Below, piece after piece: positions 23,183-31,668 of a stretch of 64,000 nucleotides of DNA (position 1 is its first letter; each line of letters begins with the position of its first letter). The position numbers and the translations under genes were made by a program. The notes under the pieces were generated by a model that made no database searches, was not told the origin of the DNA, and saw only the letters and a list, made by a program, of their open reading frames with translations. The DNA is taken from the NCBI GenBank assembly GCA_965219455.1, contig OZ244744.1, forward strand, positions 192,001 through 256,000, written 5' to 3'. Source of the DNA: Candidatus Latescibacterota bacterium (lineage in GTDB: Bacteria > Latescibacterota > UBA2968 > GCA-2709665).

Positions 23183-24235
23183 TTATTTTACCCGCACCGC
23201 CCGCCCGCGACGTACGGACTGGACCTCCTTGAAACAGAGCCGGAGAGCGTCCGCCGCCCGGACCCCGGACAATGCCTCGGCCGGAACCCCTCTCGCCACT
23301 TCATCCACGGCGGCCTGAATCTCCCGGGTAAACGCCACCACCGGGTCTCCCGAACCCAGTCTTGGCTTCCGGACCTTTTTGTCTTCGGTCAGAAGCGTGA
23401 GAGGGGTGGACAGAACCGGCTTATCGCCCAATGTGGCAAACTCGTAAATCAACGTCGCCCTTTCAAGGTAGATTTCGAAACCGTGGGCAAACGCGCGGCC
23501 GGGCTGTGAAATCGCGCCCGAAGCGCAGGTGATGCTCAAGCCCGGCCGGTCGAAGAACCTGTAGCTCGTGCACAAATATTCGGCGTAATGATCGTTAACC
23601 AGCCGACCGGTCGACGATACCTGGTCGGGTACACCGCACAACAGCAGAATATAGTGGGTATCGTGGATGTGCAGATCCACACCCGGCCCTCCGCTCCGTT
23701 CGACGTCGCTGAATTCCGATGACCAGTCGGGTTGGGAGATAATCCGCTTGAAATGCGCGCCCAGAAGCGCTCCGTACTCCCCGCCCTCCACGACCTTCCG
23801 GGCATATGCGAATTCCGGAAAAAACGGCAACACCTGCGCCACCATCAGCGAACGCCCGTAATTTCCCGCCTCCTGAACCATCCGGTCCGCGTCCTTCGGT
23901 TTCAGCGCAATCGGCTTCTCGAGCAACACATGCTTTCCCGCCCGCAGGGCCGCTATGGTCACGTCCCGATGCATCGCCGAGGGCAGGCAGATATTCACAA
24001 GGTCGATTCCAGGATCGGCCAGCAGATCGTCGACCTTCCGGTACGTCCGTATTCCGGACAGATCTTCGATACCTCCGGGTTCCCCGAAATTCCCATGAAT
24101 CCCCCGCCAATCCCCCCTCAGTTTCTTTTCGTCCCGCGTACAGATGGCCGTCACCTTCCCGCCCTTCACTCTTCGGGCGCCGCGATAGTGGGTCATCCCC
24201 ATAAATCCGATGCCGATAATGCCAATGTGTACCAT
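23183..24235 (-). CDS. Gfo/Idh/MocA family oxidoreductase
   Basis: IGIIGIGFMG, GKHVLLEKP and DLHIHD motifs. Confidence 0.93.
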   Translation of the reverse strand: MVHIGIIGIGFMGMTHYRGARRVKGGKVTAICTRDEKKLRGDWRGIHGNFGEPGGIEDLSGIRTYRKVDDLLADPGIDLVNICLPSAMHRDVTIAALRAGKHVLLEKPIALKPKDADRMVQEAGNYGRSLMVAQVLPFFPEFAYARKVVEGGEYGALLGAHFKRIISQPDWSSEFSDVERSGGPGVDLHIHDTHYILLLCGVPDQVSSTGRLVNDHYAEYLCTSYRFFDRPGLSITCASGAISQPGRAFAHGFEIYLERATLIYEFATLGDKPVLSTPLTLLTEDKKVRKPRLGSGDPVVAFTREIQAAVDEVARGVPAEALSGVRAADALRLCFKEVQSVRRGRAVRVK

Positions 24236-24870
24236 AGCGACCCTTCCATTGAAATTCAACGACCGTCCGCAAAACGGACGGCCTGGCGCCCGATCCCGCT
24301 ATTGATTACACGATAACGTGCGCTTGTCGCGATCCTGGCGCCGTCTTGCCCTCATATTTCAGCACAGGCTGGCGCCCGCAAATGCGATATATATTGTCAA
24401 TATAGGCTGAATGGAAAGACGCTGCAAGCGGAAATGGATCGACCGGAATGAGGTCTTCGTTGCATGCGCTGCCCACGTTTGCACCAAGGCATTTCAGCTT
24501 ATTTCGGCGCGTCCCGGCAGTCCGACAAACCGGATTGACCGGGCACTTTCCCACCCGCAAAGCCCTTGCTGCCAGGGCCTGTAAACATCCGGGCGCCAGG
24601 TGATTCCGGCCAATTGCGCATGGATGTCCGTCTTTCGTGGCTTCCGGGCATACAGCCGCTGGCATACGCCTTGCCGCGCAGCCCGGCGGAGTTCCGGAAG
24701 GGTAAAATCGCCCTTGATATGGCGGTAGTTTTCGGTTATTGTTAAGCGATTCGACGCAATTTGCGTCGAATCGGGGAGGCCCGGGCCTGAAACCCCGGCG
24801 ACGTCACGGCATCTAACGCATAAATTACATTGCACTTATTCCCGCGCAGTCCAGCGAAGAGATTTTACCC

Positions 24871-25407
24871 ATGAAATTGAATCGCGTATTGTTTATTATA
24901 TTCTTTGCGATCGCCCTCGGCGACGTTTCCACACATGCCGCCACCGCACCCGACTTCAACCTCCGGAACCTGCAGGGCGAACGGGTCAACCTCAAGACCC
25001 TGCTGGCAAAGGGACCGGTGCTTCTGGATTTCTGGGCGACTTATTGCAAGCCCTGCGTCAAGGCGATGCCCAAGCTTCAGAAGATTCACGAGAAATACGG
25101 CAAATCCGGACTCACGGTTCTTGGCGTCAACGTGGACGGGCCGCGCGGACAGAACCGAGTGAAACCCTTTCTCCGGGCGCGAAAGGTCAGCTTCCCAATC
25201 GCACTCGACTCCGACAGCGCCGTGATGCGGCGGATGCAGGTCAATGTCCTGCCAACCACGCTGTTGATCACGCAGAATGGCAAGATCGCGCTCAGGCAGG
25301 TCGGATACAATTCGAAACATGCCGATGCGTTGTTGGCCGCAGTAGAGTCGCTCTTTTCCAAGCCCGGAGACGACGAGGCAAACGCCGATGCGCGTGCCGA
25401 TAAATAG
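24871..25407 (+). CDS. Exported TlpA/ResA-like thiol-disulfide oxidoreductase
   Basis: Signal peptide, APDFNLRNLQG, LLDFWATYCKPC and LPTTLLI motifs. Confidence 0.92.
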   Translation: MKLNRVLFIIFFAIALGDVSTHAATAPDFNLRNLQGERVNLKTLLAKGPVLLDFWATYCKPCVKAMPKLQKIHEKYGKSGLTVLGVNVDGPRGQNRVKPFLRARKVSFPIALDSDSAVMRRMQVNVLPTTLLITQNGKIALRQVGYNSKHADALLAAVESLFSKPGDDEANADARADK

Positions 25408-26971
25408 ACTGGCGACGCTTTTTCTTGTCCTTATGGCCGACCGCGCCGCAGCACAGGTTACAGCTTCCAGCCTGACCGAACTGCAGCGCGGGCGGGTACC
25501 GGGCGTGGATTCGCTTGCGGTTTCCAACCTTTACGAACAGTTTGATGTCGACTACATCCAGCACGGGATCCAGGCCGGTTTCCGGGCCGAAATTTTCAAC
25601 ACATGGCGCAACATCGGTCCCGGCTCGCGCCTGTCGCAGGTTGAATACCGAGTGGTTCATATTGCCCAGAAGCACCTGCGATGGACAAACGGACCCACCG
25701 AACTGGTTACGGGCAACTACTACGCCATCCTGGGCCGGGGAATCACGCTCAGGGCCTTCGATCTCCCGGGGGTAATACTGGAGAGCGCTCAATACCGGCG
25801 TCGCTATTCGCCATCGCGAGACCTGGAGGGCGGCATGGCCACCTGGGCGGGGCCTCGGGCCGAGGCAAAAGCCCTGATCGGGCGACCCGTATTGAGTGAC
25901 GTTCCGCCTGCGGTGCGGGTGGGTAATCCGCTTCGTGATGTACCGCGACGTGACAACTGGCTTCTCGGAGGCGAAGTCTCGCTGCGGCCTCACAAGCAGA
26001 TCAAGACCGGTGTCACGGCCGTCAGCCATCACGCCTCAAGGTTTGACTCCACCCGAACGTGGTCGGGTTTTCTGGAACTCGACATCACCCCCGCAATTGA
26101 ATCATCCGGCCTTACGGACGCGTTTGCAACCATCTACGCAGAATACGCCGGACTGAATGACGTGCACGTGGAGGGAAGCGCACTCTATATTTCGGCCAAC
26201 GCCGGCATTTCCAACCTGGGCTTGAGCCTGGAATACAAGGATTACGAGAAATTCGCCTTCAATTTCAACGATCCACCATCCCTGGTTCGCGAACACTCGG
26301 CCGTCCTGCTCAACCGGGCCACCCATGCCCTGATTGCCGATACGGAAAAAGGCTATCAGGCGGAAGCCACCTATTCTATTTTCGACCTGGGCACGCTGAC
26401 GGTAAATATAAGCAAGGGTGAGAACGAACTGGCGCCCGGCTTCGCAACCACCTTCAATGAGCGGTATTTCGGCGTGGACATCGACCCCCCGTCTGGTGAT
26501 CGGGGCCGCGCGATATCTACCAACCTGTTCGTCGATTGGGGAAAAAACGAACTGAAGGGGATCCGGAAGCACAGAATCGCTGGCGCGGGAATCGAATCCA
26601 TCACACCCGGCGGATCTGTCGCGGGCTTGGATTTTCAGGTCCGTCGCGCGGCCAGGCTGCCTCGAAATGAGCCGGCGTTTTGGGACGTCTTTACCCAGTT
26701 TTCCTACCAGCATCTCTCGGGCGTGGGTACCGCCCTCGTTCTTGATCGCACCAACGATCCGTTCGAGGTTGACGATGGCGCAACGCCGGACCGGATCGAG
26801 ACCGGGACGCGCACCTGGCTGGCGGTCAATCTCAACGTCGGCTTTCTCGAACGATACGAGGCCCTTATATTCGCCGGCCGCAGGCGAGGCGGCGCCGCGT
26901 GTACTTCGGGTACATGTTATCAGGTGCTGCCATTCAACGGCCTTGAAATGCGTTTCAAAACCCATTTCTGA
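25388..26971 (+). CDS. DUF6029-like putative outer-membrane beta-barrel protein
   Basis: Signal peptide, GNYYAILGRGITLR, EYKDY, NDPPSLVREH, C-terminal RRGGAACTSGTCYQVLPFNG and terminal Phe; family recognised from memory. Confidence 0.72.
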   Translation: MRVPINRLATLFLVLMADRAAAQVTASSLTELQRGRVPGVDSLAVSNLYEQFDVDYIQHGIQAGFRAEIFNTWRNIGPGSRLSQVEYRVVHIAQKHLRWTNGPTELVTGNYYAILGRGITLRAFDLPGVILESAQYRRRYSPSRDLEGGMATWAGPRAEAKALIGRPVLSDVPPAVRVGNPLRDVPRRDNWLLGGEVSLRPHKQIKTGVTAVSHHASRFDSTRTWSGFLELDITPAIESSGLTDAFATIYAEYAGLNDVHVEGSALYISANAGISNLGLSLEYKDYEKFAFNFNDPPSLVREHSAVLLNRATHALIADTEKGYQAEATYSIFDLGTLTVNISKGENELAPGFATTFNERYFGVDIDPPSGDRGRAISTNLFVDWGKNELKGIRKHRIAGAGIESITPGGSVAGLDFQVRRAARLPRNEPAFWDVFTQFSYQHLSGVGTALVLDRTNDPFEVDDGATPDRIETGTRTWLAVNLNVGFLERYEALIFAGRRRGGAACTSGTCYQVLPFNGLEMRFKTHF

Positions 26972-27005
26972 CGCAGACCACACACACTCTCAAGGGAGGA
27001 TTGCC

Positions 27006-27986
27006 ATGAGTCGAATCACTACGTGCGTCTTGTTCCTGCTGGTTCTGGGACTCTACCCCTTTGTACCCGCGCAAGCGCAGGGCGTCGATGACGCGGTACC
27101 GACGTTCTCGCTTACCGGGCTGGATGGGAAGACCTACGCCTCGGCGACCTACAAGGGCAGTGTCCTGGTCCTCTATTACCTGGGCCATAACTGACCCACG
27201 TGCCGGGCGGCGGGTCCGTCCATAGAACAGCAGATCTGGAAGGCGTTCCAGGATGACGGCTTAGCGGTCCTGGGACTTGACATCTACAATGGCAGTCAGG
27301 CTCAACTTAAGGATTTTCAGGCAGTGTCCACGATCACGTTTCCCCTCCTGCTGCAGGCAAGCAATATAAGGGGATCTCACGGGACCCACACTTTGCTGGT
27401 CGCGGACCGGGAAGGAATCGTCCGTCACATCGGGCGTGGCGCTTCCGGTCTCAGCGCCGCGGCCGAGAGCATCCGACAATTACTGACCGTTCCGCCGCCG
27501 GCGATCAATCTTCCGAATACGTCACTCGAATTTGGCGAGGACGTTCCAGCCGGAGAATCCAGAACGCTCACCCTGGTCGTGCAGAATACAGGGGGGGAAG
27601 CCCTCAATATCAGCGACATTCAATCCGATCTCGAGGGGATCTCCATTGATACAACCGAGCTGTTGGTTGCGGCGGGAGACAGCGCGAAGGTCGAAATCAC
27701 CTTCACCCCCACAGAAACCGGCCCCTTCTCCGGCACCCTGACCATTCTGAGCAACGACCCGGAAAACGGCAGCATTATCGTCTCGTTCTCCGGAACGGCC
27801 ATCGTCATCTACGGCGACGCCCGGGCGGATTTCGACGGTGACGGGGAAATCGGATTCAGTGACTTCGTCGCCTTTGCCCAGGCCTTCAACACCGACAACG
27901 CTACCTTCGACCTGAGCGGGAACGGTCTGGTCGACTTCCCGGACTTTCTGGAATTCGCGAAAAACTTCGGCAAACGCCTGCCCTGA
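27006..27986 (+). CDS. Putative secreted selenoprotein: UxxC thioredoxin-fold (AhpC/TSA-TlpA-like) + Ig-like domain + dockerin-like EF-hand pair; 326 aa, Sec63
   Basis: GGGAGGA RBS and ATG27006; in-frame TGA at 27192-27194 in VLYYLGHN-U-PTC; frame continues without a stop into ORF 27324-27986; hairpin follows the TGA. Confidence 0.85.
27205..27221 (+). promoter_or_regulatory. Putative bacterial SECIS element
   Basis: GGGCGG-CGGGT-CCGTCC stem-loop after a 10-nt spacer from the TGA; G at second loop position. Confidence 0.65.
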
Positions 27987-28003
27987 GTTCCGCCGGACTA
28001 TTC

Positions 28004-28041
28004 ACGAAAAAGCCACGCCGAATAAAGCGTGTCTTTTTCGT
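28004..28041 (+). terminator. Rho-independent terminator of the redox operon (possibly bidirectional)
   Basis: ACGAAAAAG-CCACGC...GCGTG-TCTTTTTCGT inverted repeat. Confidence 0.7.
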
Positions 28042-28048
28042 TCCCTAG

Positions 28049-29932
28049 CCCTAAAATAAGCGAGTATCGTGTGCGCCACAGTGATTTGTGTTTGTGTTGA
28101 GGCGTTGGTGTCGATTTATATGGAATTGGCGTTTTGGATGGTTTTTAGGGCCGTGTTTGTCGTGGTCGCTATGGTAAATTGAGTATCCGAAGTGGCGTTG
28201 AGACGCGTGGTGGACACACCGGTCCGTTGAGGGGTGTGGGGATGGCGCCGCGTTTGTGTGTCATCGGTGGTGCTGCATTGGTGTTATCCAAATCCGGTGC
28301 GTTCAATGATACGCCAGGTGCTGAAGAGGCGATCGAGGGTGGGTTGATAGCCGATGAGCCGTAACGTGGTGGTGCGCGCGCGTTGGATGACGTGGCAGGG
28401 AATCAAGATAATGCTGTGGATGAAGCGCCGGAATTCCATGCAGACGTACTGCTGTCGATCACGGTGTCTGTGCATCATCATGGCAAACCAGGATTTGAGG
28501 TTCCAGGCCAGGGCGGCGATGACCATATAGGCCCAGTTGCTGACCAGGTCATACAGGGGCACGCGCAAGGCGTTGACGCCGTTTTTGAGTTGCTCGATGA
28601 CGTTCTCCTGATCGCAGCGTTGGTTGGCGCAGGCGACGATCTCTTGGGGGGTCACGTCCGTGCGTGTCGTGATATAGAAGAAATAACGGCATTCGTCGAA
28701 CAGGACAAGGTCGCCCTTCATTTTGCTGATGTTCTTGCGCAGGACCACGACGCGATACCCACGTTTACAGCGCGTGGGTTGGTAGTTGAACTCGGCCACG
28801 TGTTCGTGGTTCAGCACCAGGTTGGCGTAGGCCCGCTTGTGGACGATGCGCTGTTTCTCGTGGGGCTGATTGCGCTTCCGCTTCTGGTCGGTCACGGTGT
28901 GATAACGGGGTTTGCGTTGCAGGGGCTGCCATTGTGCCTCGTCGAGGGCCTCGGCACGGGAACGCATCGCCGCGTTGGCGTCCATCCCGAAGATGAAGTC
29001 GACGCTTTTGGCCCAGCGATCAAGATGTCGAGTCAAGAAAAAGTCGGTGTCGCCACGCACACAGATGCGCTTGGCGTGGGGCTGCACCAGCGCCAAGGCG
29101 TCGTCGATCCAGGGTGCCGCACCGGTGTGGCTGGGCACATTCCCCGGTCGGTTGACCAGGAAGAGCACTTCCTTCGTGTTGGAAAGTGAGATCACCAGCG
29201 GATGGTAGCCCCAGATGCCCTGGTAAGAGATGTCCATACCCCTCTTGCGCTTGCCATACGTGGGCACGTTTGTGCCGTCCACATCGATATAGGTGATGTC
29301 ACCAAGCAATTTGCGGCCACGCGATGCCCACAAGGAGGATCGCACCGCGTTGATGCACGCCATCAGTTCGACGATGTCCCGTTCCGAGAAGCGTCGGCAA
29401 AAGTCACCCGCCGTGGTCGGATCGGGAATCAACTTGGCGCCCAGGGCATTCATGTAGGCCCCGTCACTTCGCAAACGCTCGATATCCTCCAGGCGCGTGC
29501 CGCCGCATAACACGTTGTATGTGATGTTTAGTACGTGGTCCGACTCATGATAGGGCAGATGCACCTTCAACAAGGACAGTGACGCGTCGATGCGCTTGGG
29601 CAGACCCAGCTTGGTGACCAGGCGATGCACGGCGCCGATGCCTCCGTAACTCATCGCGTCGGTGTAGGCGCCTACCTCGTAGTGCACTTTGCCAGGACTG
29701 AACATGGGCCGGCGCTGGGCCTGCCAATGCCCCGCTCGACCGTGGCGGGCGGCCACTTTGCGTTTGCGACGAGCACGATTCCTGCGGCTGTCATCAACCG
29801 ATATTCTTTTCACCGGAAAGGTCTCCTGCGTTGGAGTGATGATTTCTAGCACAATCCATCTATCTCCAACAACGGTAGGCCTTTCCGGTCTCTTGGACCA
29901 GAAAAATTTCACTGGTCACGCTTGTTTAAGGC
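28049..29932 (-). mobile_element. IS1380-family insertion sequence, 1884 bp, CTAG target duplication
   Basis: CTAG at 28045-28048 and 29933-29936; imperfect 16-bp IRs CCCTAAAATAAGCGAG / GCCTTAAACAAGCGTG. Confidence 0.85.
28284..29813 (-). CDS. IS1380-family DDE transposase
   Basis: HLPYHESDH, IPDPTTAGDFCRRF, IDVDGT, VRGDTDF and QRCDQENVIEQLKNG; GTG29813 behind AGGAG. Confidence 0.92.
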   Translation of the reverse strand: MKRISVDDSRRNRARRKRKVAARHGRAGHWQAQRRPMFSPGKVHYEVGAYTDAMSYGGIGAVHRLVTKLGLPKRIDASLSLLKVHLPYHESDHVLNITYNVLCGGTRLEDIERLRSDGAYMNALGAKLIPDPTTAGDFCRRFSERDIVELMACINAVRSSLWASRGRKLLGDITYIDVDGTNVPTYGKRKRGMDISYQGIWGYHPLVISLSNTKEVLFLVNRPGNVPSHTGAAPWIDDALALVQPHAKRICVRGDTDFFLTRHLDRWAKSVDFIFGMDANAAMRSRAEALDEAQWQPLQRKPRYHTVTDQKRKRNQPHEKQRIVHKRAYANLVLNHEHVAEFNYQPTRCKRGYRVVVLRKNISKMKGDLVLFDECRYFFYITTRTDVTPQEIVACANQRCDQENVIEQLKNGVNALRVPLYDLVSNWAYMVIAALAWNLKSWFAMMMHRHRDRQQYVCMEFRRFIHSIILIPCHVIQRARTTTLRLIGYQPTLDRLFSTWRIIERTGFG

Positions 29933-30220
29933 CTAGCTTGAGTGACATTGGTCGTCCATCTTCTATCCGGCACGGCTGAACAGGTACCAATCGAAGGCTC
30001 GATTCAATATTCCGAGTCCGGTTTTTCAGAAACCGAACCGATTTATCCAGCGTCTAATAATACAGATAGACAATACACCATCCCAATTCCAGACTCTTAG
30101 CCCGGGGTGACCGGGAACTCTGCGCCGGGCAGAGGGGCAGAAGACGTTCACGGTGGATTGCGTCGTAAAAACAGCGAAGCCCACTGCTCCATTGTTTCTG
30201 CAAATTCAGGATTTCCACCC

Positions 30221-31645
30221 ATGGAACCTCACACCGGACCCAATTCCGGTACACGTGACCTGCTTCCGGCCGTGCGTTCATACATTGACCGGCACGAAAT
30301 GATCCGGCCCGGCGACGGGATCGTGATCGGCGTATCGGGAGGTCAGGACTCGGTATCGCTGCTGGATGTGCTATACCGGCTTCGGAAGCCTCTCGATATC
30401 ACGCTCTACGTCGCCCACCTCAACCATCAACTCAGGGGCCCGGCGTCCGATGAGGACCAACAATTCGTAACGGATCTCGCCGCCTCTATGGATCTGCCGT
30501 GCTTCTCCGAAAAAGCAGTCCTGCCCGAACGGGGCTCTCCTGAAGGGGCGGCCCGAGAAGCGCGCTTCGGATTCCTCAAACGGGTAATACGCGTGACCAG
30601 CGCTTCCCTGATCGCAATGGGCCATACCCGCAGCGATCAGGCCGAAACCGTATTGATGCGCTTGATTCGCGGCGCAGGTCCAACCGGACTCGGGGCGATC
30701 CGCCCGATCCGTGATGGCCTCTGGATCCGCCCCCTCCTGGCGGTCTCGCGACAACAGATACAGGCTTATGTCGAACACCGAAACCTGCAGGTGCGCCACG
30801 ACAATACCAACGCCGACACGCGCTTCCTTCGGAACCGGATCCGGCATCATCTCCTGCCCGAGATCGCGTCAGATTACAACCCCGCAATCGAAGCGGCCCT
30901 GGCCAGGTCCGCGGTAATCATCCAGGGGGAGGATCAACTGCTCGGTCAGCTGGCTGAATCGGCTTACCGAAAGGCCCTGCGTTACGAAGGCAGACGAAAA
31001 ATAATCCTTGATGAAAACGCCGTTTTCGGTTATCATATAGCACTTCAACGCCGAATCTACAAAACGGCTTTTTTTCGGCTTCGTGGCTGCGCGCGGGCGT
31101 TTGATGAGCAGAGCGTCAGTCGCATGGAAACCCTGCGTCTGACACCTGCAGGCGCGGTTCAGGTGTCTTCCGATATCTCTATTCATCGTTCGAGCCCATG
31201 GCTGATTCTTAGTCGGCCAACGCCGTCGTTTGAGACCGAAGTCGCCGTTCCGGGCGTCACCTCAATACCGGAGATCGACGCGGTTCTGGAGACGAGCATC
31301 CGGCCTGCCGGCCAGATGCGAAAGCACGATCTATCGTCCGATCCACATCGCGCCTGCTTCGACTGGGACGCGCTTCCCGGCGGTCTGACCCTGAGGAATC
31401 GGCGCACGGCGGATCGTTTCAGACCTTTCGGCCTGAACGGAACACAAAAGATAAGCGACCTGTTTATCAACCTCAAGATTCCCAGGCCGCTGCGTGACGA
31501 AATTCCCCTGCTCTTGGGCGGACAGGCCATCCTCTGGGTGGTCGGCTTGCGTACGGCCCAGTCCACGGCCGTCACGCATCGGGCGAAGACGGTGCTGGAC
31601 GTCACCTTCAAGGGTGGTTGGGGAGGCGTTATCGCCTCCTCTTAA
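30221..31645 (+). CDS. tilS: tRNA(Ile)-lysidine synthase
   Basis: VSGGQDS, HLNHQLRG, GHTRSDQAET, IRPLL and RNRIRH motifs; TilS C-terminal domain. Confidence 0.96.
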   Translation: MEPHTGPNSGTRDLLPAVRSYIDRHEMIRPGDGIVIGVSGGQDSVSLLDVLYRLRKPLDITLYVAHLNHQLRGPASDEDQQFVTDLAASMDLPCFSEKAVLPERGSPEGAAREARFGFLKRVIRVTSASLIAMGHTRSDQAETVLMRLIRGAGPTGLGAIRPIRDGLWIRPLLAVSRQQIQAYVEHRNLQVRHDNTNADTRFLRNRIRHHLLPEIASDYNPAIEAALARSAVIIQGEDQLLGQLAESAYRKALRYEGRRKIILDENAVFGYHIALQRRIYKTAFFRLRGCARAFDEQSVSRMETLRLTPAGAVQVSSDISIHRSSPWLILSRPTPSFETEVAVPGVTSIPEIDAVLETSIRPAGQMRKHDLSSDPHRACFDWDALPGGLTLRNRRTADRFRPFGLNGTQKISDLFINLKIPRPLRDEIPLLLGGQAILWVVGLRTAQSTAVTHRAKTVLDVTFKGGWGGVIASS

Positions 31646-31668
31646 GCATTATTGTTAAGGCGGTTTTC

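Noticed and set aside
24260-24870. 600-bp intergenic region with ORFs 24306-24665 and 24494-24835, or a possible riboswitch
   Set aside because: No protein motifs, RBS or recognisable RNA motif; treated as a divergent promoter region.
26667-27986. Two separate genes (26667-27194 and 27324-27986) or a pseudogene
   Set aside because: A single in-frame TGA at the CxxC-equivalent position, a following hairpin and no other lesions favour one Sec-containing gene; the 26667 start lies inside the upstream gene.
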